Source: Macrostomum lignano
Taxonomy: Eukaryota
DNA: 64,000 nucleotides
Direction of reading: 5' to 3'
Assembly: GCA_002269645.1 (NCBI GenBank)
Contig: NIVC01003003.1
Span: forward strand, 1 to 64,000
Both the position numbers and the translations under genes were made by a program. The notes under the pieces were generated by a model, which did not search any database, was not told the DNA's origin, and saw only the letters and a program-made list of their open reading frames with translations. Every line of letters begins with the position of its first letter. Positions within the stretch are counted from its first letter, which is position 1. Shown piece by piece: positions 1 to 13,159 of the stretch.

Positions 1-3000
1 AGATCAAGCTCATGAGAAGAGTGAAATCAAGCTCATACAATTATGAGATCAAGCTCATGAGAGTGAAATCAAGCTCATAGCAATATGAGATCAAGCTCAT
101 GAAGAGTGAAATCAAGCTCATAGCAATCATGAGATCAAGCTCATAGCAATCATGAGATCAAGCTCATAGCAATCATGAGATCAAGCTATAGCAATCATGA
201 GATCAAGCTCATAGCAATCATGAGATCAAGCTCATACAATCATGAGATCAAGCTCATAGCAATCATGAGATCAAGCTCATAACAATCATGAGATCAAGCT
301 CATAGCAATCATGAGATCAAGCTCATAACAATCACGAGATCAAGCTCATAGCAATCATGAGATCAAGCTCATAGCAATCATGAGATCAAGTTCATAACAG
401 TCACGAGATCAAGCTCATAACAATCATGAGATCAAGCTCATAACAGTCATGAGATCAAGCTCATAACAGTCACGAGATCAAGCATAACAATCATGAGATC
501 AAGCTCATAACAATCATGAGATCAAGCTCATAACAATCATGAGATCAAGCTCATAACAATCATGAGATCAAGCTCATAACAATCATGAGATCAAGCTCAT
601 AACAATCATGAGATCAAGCTCATAACAATCATGAGATCAAGCTCATAACAATCATGAGATCAAGCTCATATGAATCATGAGATCAAGCTCATAACAGTCA
701 CGAGATCAAGCTCATAACAATCATGAGATCAAGCTCATAACAGTCACGAGATCAAGCTCATAACAATCATGAGATCAAGCTCATGAGAAGAGTGAAATCA
801 AGCTCATAACAATTATGAGATCAAGCTCATGAGAAGAGTGAAATCAAGCTCATAGCAATATGAGATCAAGCTCATGTGAAGAGTGAAATCAAGCTCATAG
901 CAATCATGAGATCAAGCTCATAACAATCATGAGATCAAGCTCATAACAATCATGAGATCAAGCTCATAGCAATCATGAGATCAAGCTCATAACAATCACG
1001 AGATCAAGCTCATAACAATCATGAGATCAAGCTCATAACAATCATGAGATCAAGCTCATAACAGTCATGAGATCAAGCTCATAGCAATCATGAGATCAAG
1101 CTCATAGCAATCACGAGATCAAGCTCATAACAATCACGAGATCAAGCTCATAACAATCATGAGATCAAGTTCATAACAGTCATGAGATCAAGCTCATAAC
1201 AATCATGAGATCAAGCTCATAACAATCATGAGATCAAGCTCATAACAATCATGAGATCAAGCTCATAACAATCACGAGATCAAGCTCATAACAATCATGA
1301 GATCAAGCTCATAACAATCATGAGATCAAGCTCATAACAATCATGAGATCAAGCTCATAACAGTCACGAGATCAAGCTCATAGCAATCATGAGATCAAGC
1401 TCATAACAATCACGAGATCAAGCTCATAGCAATCATGAGATCAAGCTCATAACAGTCACGAGATCAAGCTCATAACAGTCATGAGATCAAGCTCATAGCA
1501 ATCATGAGATCAAGCTCATAGCAATCACGAGATCAAGCTCATAACAATCACGAGATCAAGCTCATAGCAATCATGAGATCAAGTTCATAACAGTCACGAG
1601 ATCAAGCTCATAACAGTCACGAGATCAAGCTCATAACAATCATGAGATCAAGCTCATAACAATCATGAGATCAAGCTCATAGCAATCATGAGATCAAGCT
1701 CATAACAGTCATGAGATCAAGCTCATAACAGTCACGAGATCAAGCTCATAACAGTCATGAGATCAAGCTCATAACAGTCACGAGATCAAGCTCATAACAA
1801 TCATGAGATCAAGCTCATAACAGTCATGAGATCAAGCTCATAACAGTCACGAGATCAAGCTCATAACAATCATGAGATCAAGCTCATAACAATCATGAGA
1901 TCAAGCTCATAACAATCATGAGATCAAGCTCATAACAATCATGAGATCAAGCTCATAAAATCATGAGATCAAGCTCATAAGAATCATGAGATCAAGCTCA
2001 TAACAATCATGAGATCAAGCTCATAACAATCATGAGATCAAGCTCATAACAATCATGAGATCAAGCTCATAACAGTCATGAGATCAAGCTCATAACAGTC
2101 ACGAGATCAAGCTCATAACAATCATGAGATCAAGCTCATAAAAATCATGAGATCAAGCTCATAAGAATCATGAGATCAAGCTCATAAAAATCATGAGATC
2201 AATCTCATAAGAATAATGAGATCAAGCTCATAAAAATCATGAGATCAATCTCATAAGTATTATGAGATCAAGCTCATAACAGTCATGAGATCAAGCTCAT
2301 AACAATCATGAGATCAAGCTCATAACAATCATGAGATCAAGCTCATAACAATCATGAGATCAAGCTCATAACAATCATGAGATCAAGCTCATGAGAAGAG
2401 TGAAATCAAGCTCATAACAATTATGAGATCAAGCTCATGAGAAGAGTGAAATCAAGCTCATAGCAATTATGAGATCAAGCTCATGTGAAGAGTGAAATCA
2501 AGCTCATAGCAATCATGAGATCAAGCTCATAGCAATCATGAGATCAAGCTCATAGCAATCATGAGATCAAGCTTATAGCAATCATGAGATCAAGCTCATA
2601 GCAATCATGAGATCAAGCTCATAACAATCATGAGATCAAGCTCATAGCAATCATGAGATCAAGCTCATAGCAATCATGAGATCAAGCTCATAACAATCAT
2701 GAGATCAAGCTCATAGCAATCATGAGATCAAGCTCATAACAGTCATGAGATCAAGCTCATAGCAATCATGAGATCAAGCTCATAGCAATCACGAGATCAA
2801 GCTCATAACAATCACGAGATCAAGCTCATAGCAATCATGAGATCAAGCTCATAACAATCACGAGATCAAGCTCATAACAATCATGAGATCAAGCTCATAA
2901 CAATCATGAGATCAAGCTCATAACAGTCATGAGATCAAGCTCATAGCAATCATGAGATCAAGCTCATAGCAATCACGAGATCAAGCTCATAACAATCACG

Positions 3001-3531
3001 AGATCAAGCTCATAGCAATCATGAGATCAAGTTCATAACAGTCACGAGATCAAGCTCATAACAATCATGAGATCAAGCTCATAACAGTCACGAGATCAAG
3101 CTCATAACAGTCATGAGATCAAGCTCATAGCAATCATGAGATCAAGCTCATAGCAATCACGAGATCAAGCTCATAACAATCACGAGATCAAGCTCATAGC
3201 AATCATGAGATCAAGTTCATAACAGTCACGAGATCAAGCTCATAACAATCATGAGATCAAGCTCATAACAGTCATGAGATCAAGCTCATAACAGTCACGA
3301 GATCAAGCTCATAACAATCATGAGATCAAGCTCATAACAATCATGAGATCAAGCTCATAACAATCATGAGATCAAGCTCATAACAGTCATGAGATCAAGC
3401 TCATAACAGTCACGAGATCAAGCTCATAACAATCATGAGATCAAGCTCATATGAATCATGAGATCAAGCTCATAACAGTCACGAGATCAAGCTCATAACA
3501 ATCATGAGATCAAGCTCATATGAATCATGAG
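1..3531. repeat. 23-bp tandem satellite (GAGATCAAGCTCATAACAATCAT) with higher-order blocks; runs off the left edge
   Basis: Unit read directly; a variant block containing GAAGAGTGAAATC recurs at ~13, ~783 and ~2391. Confidence 0.97.
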
Positions 3532-3601
3532 TAAGCTTAAAGTAAGATTAAGATACGAGAAGGTCAAAGTAAAAGTACAAATTCGCATGCGTCAATTGCA
3601 G

Positions 3602-3706
3602 CAGCGGCCGAGTCATCGGACTCTGCGTTGGCGTGGTGCTGGGCTGCTGCGTCTGCGTCTACATCGCTGACCGATGCTACAAGGGCTACAAAAGGCACAA
3701 GAACAG
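3602..3706 (+). CDS. Internal exon of a single-pass membrane protein (TM helix plus basic stop-transfer segment)
   Basis: TTGCAG acceptor at 3601 (3604 also possible); translates SGRVIGLCVGVVLGCCVCVYIADRCYKGYKRHKN; donor AG|GTGCGT, phase 2. Confidence 0.7.
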
Positions 3707-4406
3707 GTGCGTAAAGTTCGTGAAGGTAGATTATATCATAAAACATTTTCTCGTGTTGAAGATGCTTAATGTTTCAAGCTTTTGGGAAACTATAGTGACA
3801 AAAATGAACCAGCTAAAGTTAGAGTTTACCGTTAAAGTTAATGTTAATAGTTTAGAAGATCACCTTCAATAGCTATAGTTTTCCTGTAAAATAACTGTCC
3901 TTGGGCCAAAATCGTCAGTTCTGTCGTGTACAACTGTACATGGCATGTACCTGGGTGTGATATTGCCCTCAACTGGCTCCATCCAATGTGTGAGCTAGGC
4001 TAGCGCTGAACAACGTCTAGTATGTTCATTGCATAGATTTTTCGCGCTACACTCCATACTTTCTACTTATCAATAGAGAAATTCTGACATGATGAATCAT
4101 TCGCACTCAATTTACCTGTGATACTAAAAAATGGGTCAAACTTCATGCAGGCATACCGAGACCGGTTTCTGGCTTGGTTTGCCTCTGTCAGTCGGCCATT
4201 ATCACACATCGTACTTTCCCACCACTCTGTGTGCACAGACGTTTCGTGACATCTTTGCGATATGTGATACATTCTACGATTCAAATCTTTATTTGTATAC
4301 TTTTCTCAGTAGTCATAATCGAATCTGACAATACCAACGGAGGTCAAAATCCGCCCAAGACTCAATCATGTGTACATGTAATATGCCATGTACACCTAAA
4401 TTTCAG

Positions 4407-4692
4407 CCAATCGCAAAGCGCCTCAGTATCCGTGGCGCACACCAATCCGGCGCTACAAATGTCAAACGTTCAAGTAGCAGAACCGATTGTTGTAGCCGCG
4501 GGTGGCCATGATAATCGGCCGACCTTGGCTCCAGCTTCAAATGACTTGATCAACAAGCCGACTGAGCAGCCGTTAAACTACTACGGACAGGAGCAGCAAC
4601 AGCCGCCACCATACCCGATTAATCTGTCGCAGCAGCCGCCGCCTCCGGCCTACTGGATGTCCAGTCCCAGCCAGGCTAAGACAACGCTTTGA
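4407..4692 (+). CDS. Terminal exon of the PPxY-motif membrane protein (Pro/Gln-rich cytoplasmic tail)
   Basis: TTTCAG acceptor, phase 2, matches the upstream donor (AG+C = Ser); tail has QPPPY and PPPPAY; TGA at 4690-4692. Confidence 0.72.
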
Positions 4693-5445
4693 CAACTTCA
4701 TTGATATTATCAGCTATCGTATATTTGATTGATAGTCGATTTCAGTAAAGTACCGGGCCAATTGGAAATAGTCTCCCGTTTATTTATGTCTATGGCCAAA
4801 ACAAAACAAATTTGCCATAGACAAATTCAGTCGAGAAAAATCCGATTAAACGTTCCTAATCAGCCTCTAGCTCATTTCTAAGAAAATCAAGTGTACCACC
4901 CTGCTACTGCAGTTGTCCGTGCGCCATGTACATGTACACCTACAGTAGTTCTCTGCGTGCTTTTTCTACCCTCTAAAAATCAAATTAATTTTTTGTTGTT
5001 TTATCAGAAACTAAGATAAACTAATCTGGCTGACTGTTAATCTAGTACTAGTGCACCGATATTTGAAATTAGCAATATGTACGATTGTATATGTACTTTG
5101 CACGTTTACCAGCGGCTTATCGGTTATTATGTACTTTAATCTCTGCTTGTACTTTAATATATAAAATAATTACAAAGCAAATTTTACCGTTCGATAGATT
5201 TGAACAATACAGCATTAATTACTAAGCATTCCTGAACAGAGAAAATAGAGCAAAATGTTTTTTTGCATTATATTTTATTATATTCAGATAATGCTTATAG
5301 CAAGCAAATAGTTAAACACACAAAGACCGCACAGGCTGCATAACTGACATTAAGAGAACAGAACAAGCTTATATACAAATAGACGGCGCATTACGGCAAA
5401 GGAGCACTGTTTGGGTGTCCAAACTATAGGGTTAATATTTATAAT

Positions 5446-6236
5446 TTATTTGAACTTGGCCAACTCTAGTAGCGATGCCCGCTGCGCATCCACCTGCAGT
5501 CCCTGTTCCGCTGTGCGCACCCGCTTCAACTGCGGCTCGGCCCGTAGCGCTGCCGATGCTTCAGCCGCCTGCTGCTCCTGTTCCTCCTCGCCGACAGAGC
5601 CGGGTCGCCGTCGCCGGCGCGGCTGCTCGTCAGCCGGCGCTAGCAGGTGTCGGTCCTCGCTGTAAGCCGGCAGTCGTCGATCGTCGGCCGGCTTAGCGGC
5701 GGAGCTGAGGAAACGCGACAGTACAAAACCGCGGCCGGAGCTGGCCGGCAGCGGCAGCTGGCCGCAAACTGTCGGATCCGAACGAACCGAGGCTGCACCG
5801 ACAGACGCCGACGCTGACGAAACGGCCGAATCGGCGCGACGTTTTGCCATCACGGAACGAAGTCTTGATTGAAGGTTGGCGCTGGGGCTTACTGTGGACT
5901 GCGGCGGAGGCGTGCCGAACAATTCGTCTAGAAGGTCCAACTCGTCATTGTTGGCATCGGCGGTCGCAGCAACTGGCGGAGCGGTCACAGCAGCAGCAGC
6001 GGGTGGCTGTCGATAAACTGGAGGCAGAGCGGCCGAGCTCCGCCCAGACCCGTCGCAGGTTTTAGTAAAGCTACTAGACGGCTCTGTGCCGCCAGCGTCG
6101 CCAGCTGGACAGTCGCGTTCAAACAGTGCGGCGACTAATTCGCCAGACTGAAAGTTCGGCGCCGAGGCAATGTCATGGCAGGCCAGGGCCGGCAGAGCAG
6201 AGTCGCTATTTGGACCCAGGCGCATCCAGCGGGCAT
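5446..6236 (-). CDS. USPL1: USPL1-like gene, exon 4 (end of the peptidase C98-like fold plus low-complexity tail)
   Basis: CTGTAG acceptor, phase 1 (A+AT = Asn) matches the exon 3 donor; ARWMRLGP...FQSGELVAALFER resembles recalled USPL1 GSWLECDD...VPASEIHIVIWER; stop at 5446. Confidence 0.75.
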
Positions 6237-7134
6237 CTACAGATTAATATATAGTGACAGATATCGGTCTGGTAGGGTTAAAATGGCACAGTTTAAGAGA
6301 AGCAGCTTGGGCTAAAAAGGAGACTAAATTCTGTTACCTGTTTTTAATATGAGCTAATTGTTGACTGTACCAATTACGTATGCTTAACTTTATTGACAGG
6401 TCAGACCAGATATTACCATAGAATATCGAGCGTAAACATAGAATGCCAACCTGTGGTGCCAGTGTAGAAGTCATTCGTTTTGTCTATGGTCGATAGCCAG
6501 ACTTACCCGACTTATCAATCAATTTCACCTCTAGATTGGCATTTTTATATTGACGCTTGATATACTGTTTATTGCTTGGCACATTTTTTAGTCACGAGAT
6601 TATTAGAGTGAGTGTAAAGGAAACCCAGACGGCATCAAAGGGAGCAAAAATTACTTATAATCTACGGTTTATTAACGAAACTGGATGCTTGCAGATAAGT
6701 CGGGTCGGAACTTACTTGAATTTCAACTTTTCAATGAGTTTTGTTGCACGCGATTAATGGCTAACTTTTCAAGACCATTTGTTCAGTGGGAGCCTGACTT
6801 AATCAAACTATATGTAGAGCAAGTAAGCAACTCATCAGGAAGGAGCATTTTACCTTAGTCGAACCTTCTTGAAGTTGATTCGCGAGCCGCCACCAAGCCG
6901 CACTGGCTCCTTCCTTTGTGCTTAATAATTATCATTCGCAACTATATAGCCGTAAAGTCAGTCTCTCACTGGGAAGACTCTTGATTTATAATGATTTTAG
7001 GCACCGCGTGGTTTTTAATTAGATCTTTTATACTTTATACAAGAATCGTTTTTTTAGTTTTAAAGGCAATAAAATTTTCTAATCCAAAATTATTTCTGTA
7101 GGCTGTAAAGTTCTCTTACAAAAAATGCTGGTAA

Positions 7135-9210
7135 GGCGTAAAGTCGGTTTCTGACTGGATTTTTTGGTATTATTAGCAAACCATAAAGTCGGTTTCTAAC
7201 TGGATATTTAGATAATGTTGGTAAGCCGCAAAGTCGGTTTCTGACTGGATATTTAGATAATGTTGGTAAGCCGTAAAGTCGGTTTCTGACTGGATATTTA
7301 GAAAATGTTGGTAAGCCGTAAAGTCGGTTTCTGACTGGATTTTTAGATAATGTTGGTAAGCCGTAAAGTCGGTTTCTGACTGGATTTTTAGATAATGTTG
7401 GTAAGCCGTAAAGTCGGTTTCTGACTGGATTTTTAGATAATGTTGGTAAGCCGTAAAGTCGGTTTCTGACTGGATTTTTAGATAATGTTGGTAAGCCGTA
7501 AAGTCGGTTTCTGACTGGATATTTAGATAATGTTGGTAAGCCGTAAAGTCGGTTTCTGACTGGATTTTTAGGTAATGTTGGTAAGCCGTAAAGTCGGTTT
7601 CTGACTGGATATTTAGATAATGTTGGTAAGCCGTAAAGTCGGTTTCTGACTGGATTTAGGTAATGTTGGTAAGCCGTAAAGTCGGTTTCTGACTGGATAT
7701 TTAGATAATGTTGGTAAGCCGTAAAGTCGGTTTCTGACTGGATATTTAGATAATGTTGGTAAGCCGTAAAGTCGGTTGCTGACTGGATATTTAGATAATG
7801 TTGGTAAGCCGTAAAGTCGGTTTCTGACTGGATATTTAGATAATGTTGGTAAGCCGTAAAGTCGGTTTCTGACTGGATTTTAGATAATGTTGGTAAGCCG
7901 TAAAGTCGGTTTCTGACTGGATATTTAGATAATGTTGGTAAGCCGTAAAGTCGGTTTCTGACTGGATTTTTAGGTAATGTTGGTAAGCCGTAAAGTCGGT
8001 TTCTGACTGGATATTTAGGACTAGGTAATGCTGGTAAGCCGTAAAGTCGATTTCTGACTGGATATTTAGGACTAGGTAATGCTGGTAAGCCGTAAAGTCG
8101 GTTTCTGACTGGATATTTAGATAATGTTGGTAAGCCGTAAAGTCGGTTTCTGACTGGATATTTAGATAATGTTGGTAAGCCGTAAAGTCGGTTTCTGACT
8201 GGATATTTAGATAATGTTGGTAAGCCGTAAAGTCGGTTTCTGACTGGATATTTAGATAATGTTGGTAAGCCGTAAAGTCGGTTTCTGACTGGATATTTAG
8301 ATAATGTTGGTAAGCCGTAAAGTCGGTTGCTGACTGGATATTTAGATAATGTTGGTAAGCCGTAAAGTCGGTTTCTGACTGGATATTTAGATAATGTTGG
8401 TAAGCTGTAAAGTCGGTTTCTGACTGGATTTTTAGGTAATGTTGGTAAGCCGTAAAGTCGGTTTCTGACTGGATATTTAGGACTAGGTAATGCTGGTAAG
8501 CCGTAAAGTCGATTTCTGACTGGATATTTAGGACTAGGTAATGCTGGTAAGCCGTAAAGTCAGTTTCTGACTGGATATTTAGGACTAGGTAATGCTGGTA
8601 AGCCGTAAAGTCGGTTTCTGACTGGATTTTTAGGTAATGTTGGAAAGCCGTAAAGTCGGTTTCTGACTGGATTTTTAGGTAATGCTGGTAAGCTGTAAAG
8701 TCGGTTTCTGACTGGATATTTAGGACTAGGTAATGCTGGTGAGCCGTAAAGTCGGTTTCTGACTGGATATTTAGGACTAGGTAATGCTGGTAAGCCGCAA
8801 AGTCGGTTTCTGACTGGATTTTTAGGACTAGGTAATGCTGGTAAGCCGTAAAGTCGGTTTCTGACTGGATTTTTAGGTAATGTTGGAAAGCCTCAAAGTC
8901 GGTTTCTGACTGGATTTTTAGGACTAGGTAATGCTGGTAAGCCGTAAAGTCGGTTTCTGACTGGATATTTAGGACTAGGTAATGCTGGTGAGCCGTAAAG
9001 TCGGTTTCTGACTGGATATTTAGGACTAGGTAATGCTGGTAAGCCGCAAAGTCGGTTTCTGACTGGATTTTTAGGACTAGGTAATGCTGGTAAGCCGTAA
9101 AGTCGGTTTCTGACTGGATTTTTAGGTAATGTTGGAAAGCCGCAAAGTCGGTTTCTGACTGGATTTTTAGGACTAGGTAATGCTGGTAAGCCGTAAAGTC
9201 GGTTTCTAGC
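7135..9210. repeat. 45/51-bp tandem satellite in USPL1-like intron 3
   Basis: Unit GTAAGCCGTAAAGTCGGTTTCTGACTGGATATTTAGATAATGTTG; the 51-bp form has a 6-bp insert (...TTAGGACTAGGTAATG...). Confidence 0.96.
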
Positions 9211-9898
9211 TGTGAACTTCGGTTCTTTTTGCATAACTGATTTTCAATTCAGATTTATAGTTTATATGTAATTCTCAATAGATTAAACAATTTTTTTTGT
9301 TTTAGCAAGCCGTAAAGATTTCGTTTTCTTTTCTGCAAAGTCCACACCTGACTATAAGTATATCGCAATCTCGCATCAGCACAATAAGTGCTATTTTCGA
9401 CAAGAATCGAATTAATAACACTTCGATCACCGATGCGGGCTTGCCCTAAAGTGGTAAGACACAAAGAATGTCTACAAATATACATACAATAGCATTTATA
9501 TAGTCAATACTTGTACTTAAAACACTATGATAGAAAACAGGCACAAGTATAATATTCATTCACACAGACTAGACACTGAAAAAGTTTAAAATAAAATTTT
9601 AAAAACACCCTAATAAAAGACAGAAATGCAACTTTTAGTATAATGGATTCTAGAACGTGCTACACACAGTTACAGTAGAAAGTATTTAGCTTAGAAAACA
9701 GTTTGACCCGTTTTATTATTTTTAACCAGTTAACCCACTAGTTTTGTTCTTGCTCTAACAACTTTTACGATTGCGTCCTCTCCAAATTTTGAAATGGCCA
9801 ATTTGGCCAAGTGGCAGGTCTAGTATAGTATCTGCGAGTCCAGTCAGACCACACACGCAAGCACACTAGAGTCGGCTAGTTATTAAAGCAAAACTTAC

Positions 9899-10101
9899 TG
9901 TCCCGACTGTATAGCCAAATAAAGTAATAAAATTGATTGTTAGATTGGCTGCTACGAGTCAATCGTTGCACAGCTGCCGTAGGTATCAGGGCCAGGCCAT
10001 CGTGCGTGCGCAGGCTCTTATTCAGCTGGATTGGGCCGGGCAAGCCGTCGCGGGCCTCTAGGAAAACTGCGTCCGAGATTGGCTGGCGGCCGTCTGAGGA
10101 T
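9899..10101 (-). CDS. USPL1: USPL1-like gene, exon 3
   Basis: TTTTTCTCCAG acceptor (phase 2) and A|GTAAGT donor (phase 1); VFLEARDGLP and NNQFYYFIWL resemble USPL1 FMLHFVEGLP and NNHFITW. Confidence 0.78.
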
Positions 10102-10191
10102 CTGGAGAAAAATAACAAGACTTGACAATTAAAATCCCATTGTCTCAAACAAATACATTAAATTATTATTCAACATAAGTTCAACGCGTAC

Positions 10192-10325
10192 TTTTCCCAG
10201 CGCAACAAAACGCGCTGCTGCGGCGCCCTGCAGTGTTGGCAAGGCCGCAAGAAGACTCGCTTGTTGGGATCAAATAGATCGAAATCTGTAGCCGGATCGC
10301 TCAATCGTAGTACGGTGGCTTTTTG
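10192..10325 (-). CDS. USPL1: USPL1-like gene, exon 2 (not in the ORF track)
   Basis: TTGTTAG acceptor, AA|GTACGC donor (phase 2, fits exon 3); QKATVLRLSDPATDFDLFDPNKRVFLRPCQHCRAPQQRVLLRWEK resembles USPL1 KSLVTF...FGPCNNCNSKSQIRKMVLEK. Confidence 0.75.
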
Positions 10326-10979
10326 CTAACAAATGAGAGTAATTGTGCATTTGTTTATTATTGGAATACGAAACGGTAACAAATTAATGAAGTACTGCTC
10401 TGTCTTACACTGGCTTTTTGTCATAGCGTGCGTTAAATTAATTTCGTTATCCTAAATTTCAACCTGGGTGACACATTGGCACCCTGTTTTTTTCTAAGCT
10501 GGATATCATTTGGTTTAAATATATATTTTTTGTATTTTAACCTCTGTTTTAGGCATTAATAACTCTATAATTATATGGATTTTAGGATTTTCAAGACTTC
10601 TATCAATTGTCAAATGGTTGGGTAATCTGTAAACATGGAGTTTGCAGATTTCTGCAACTTCTATGTCAGAGACTTAGCAGTGTAAAGGGTAGAGGTAGAG
10701 GGTGTTGATATTTTTTTATTTTGAATTCTGAAACTTGTTTAAAGATCTGAACTTGGACCCAGGATGCCAAATGGCACTGCAACTCTGACGCTTAACAAAC
10801 CCAATACGAGCGTTAATAACGCCGTGTACTCAGAAACACAAAAATGGCCATTAAGTTATTGTTAAGCACTGTCTAAGAATCTTACTAGACTAAAACCTTG
10901 ATCTGGACCAATATCACAATTGCTGTAATTGTTCACACGAAAACGAACACCCAGCGCCGAGGCAATTTATTCATCTTAC

Positions 10980-11767
10980 CGGCTAACGTGCTGCTTAAAG
11001 CACACAGTGCAGACCTGGCGCAGGGTGTGAACAGACTGGAATTGTTTAGCCAATCGCTTGTCGGATTTCAATAGCCGATGCGCGGTCTCATAAAAATCGT
11101 CGCGAACATCGCTGACGCTTAGGGAGAGTGGCTTAGCCACTAATCTATCTAGCGAGTCCAGCTCGCGCAGCACCGACCGTTCAATATCGGCCAGGCCGAC
11201 AAGTTCCAAATTGCGAAACTGACGCCTCGTTGAAACTCGTCCAGAGGAGACCTGCGCCGGGTGCAACGACGCTCTGGTTAGTCGCAGCGCTTTAGCGTAG
11301 GCGCGGCTGCACGCGGCCAGGGTGCCGGATGAAGTTGAAGCTGCCGCACTGGCTCGCCGCTGGACAGGACCGCAGAGAACAGTAGTTAGCGCGGCGGCAG
11401 TAAACGGACCAGACCGATCAGGCTCGGTCATTGTGTGAACAAACACTTCATCTGGTTCCACTGGCAGATGGCTAACTGATTCAATAGATGCAGCCTGGCT
11501 GTCAGCATCGGAATGATCCAATTTAGCTGTCGGAGAAGATGAACTAGCAGCTGGCGGACTAGCTGGCATGTCTGTGTAGGGCCTGGCTAGGTTTGGCGCA
11601 GGCAGCTCGGACACCATAGGGTACAGACACTGGGCATTGTCGCACACTGGCATTGCTCGCATCCAGCCGCACTGAGCTATGCGAACTGCGCTGCCGCACA
11701 GAGGACAAACAGACGGACAGGAAAGCTGCGGCCGACTAGGACTGACATCCTCGGCGCTGGTGCCCAT
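10980..11767 (-). CDS. USPL1: USPL1-like gene, exon 1 (N-terminal Cys4 motif plus first half of the C98-like fold)
   Basis: CPLCG...VCDNAQCLYP resembles the USPL1 N-terminal CPAC...LCEDLQCIYP; LLKSDKRLAKQF...CTVC resembles LLKLETHIEKLF...CSQC; donor CG|GTAAGA. Confidence 0.75.
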
Positions 11768-13159
11768 GTTTCTGCGAAGAAGCAGCGGTGGTGGGACAGG
11801 TGGATAATTATTTTATGAAATACTGCAATGTGTGACAAAATATTATAAAAAGAAAATTATTATTAAATATAACACTGCAGCTGAAATAAGTGTAAAAAAT
11901 TTAAATTTGTTTACATTTAAAAGCAATATCAAAAGCAATATCTAAAGACACTACAGTTTTATTTACATATAATGCTAATATAACACTTCTCTTTATAAGT
12001 ATATTACTGTATCTACAATCAATTTTGTAACACTATTAAAACATTGAAAAAGCATATTGTGCATATTAAAAATTCCACTTTTGCAGGTGCTTAGAAATGC
12101 TTGAATTGTAATATAAAAATAATAAAGAAAGTCTTATTGCCTTATGTATATATATATAATCCAAATTTGCTTTCCAAAAAAGTTTTTAAATTATTTTTTA
12201 CATCATTAGCTTAACTTTATGGCATAGTAAAATGTCATACCTTGAATAATAGTATATGCCAAAAATTATAAATAGTAAATTAAAGACGAGTTGCCTATAT
12301 CTATTTATCATAAATCTTTAAAAATATCAAAATGATGGACTTTATGGCTCAATTGCTTTTCATAAATCTCAACCTGTTTAATTATATTGTTCAATCAATT
12401 TTGAATAACTTTGATTGAACAGACATTGTTAATAGAGATCAGATAGGATTTAAGTTAAGTCATCAGGCAAGATTAAGATTAGGAATAATTTTTTTCTTGA
12501 GTTTGGGATTAGGATTAAGGAATTGAGATTAGGTCTTTTGTACCACAGTTTGTAGGTCCATATAGTTGAGATTAAAATCAAAAAGTAAAAACAATAGTAG
12601 TAAACAAAGTAACAACTAAAAGTTGAAATAAAATAATTTAAATAATTACTAATTCTATCAATTTTGAATCATCAAAACCTATTCTTTATTCTCATTTTAG
12701 AGTCAAGATTCCAGGACTTTGGGATCAAAATCAAGAAACTATCTGACCTTTAATTGCTATGAACTTATATTTGACTGAAATTGGCTAAAAAATAAGCCTT
12801 ATTTAAGTAATGCTAGCTAAATAAATATTATCTAATTTTTTTATTTAGTTATAAGTAAAAAAGCAAACTGTTATTATCAATTATTTATTGGCAATGCTTC
12901 TCCCCACAGTACTATGCCAAAAACAACAATATTATCTACACATTGGCATGCCAATAATGCTTTGTTTATTTGCAAAGCAGCTAGCCTATTATATATATAC
13001 AAGAAATGCTGACAATTCTTAAAAAATTAACATATTAAAAGTAATAATACAATATAAATAAAGAATAAAGTAATATAACAATATATTTTATAACAATAGA
13101 ACAATATAGAAAGTCAAACAAATAAAAAATCAACCATCAAATTATTAGCTAAAAAGGTT

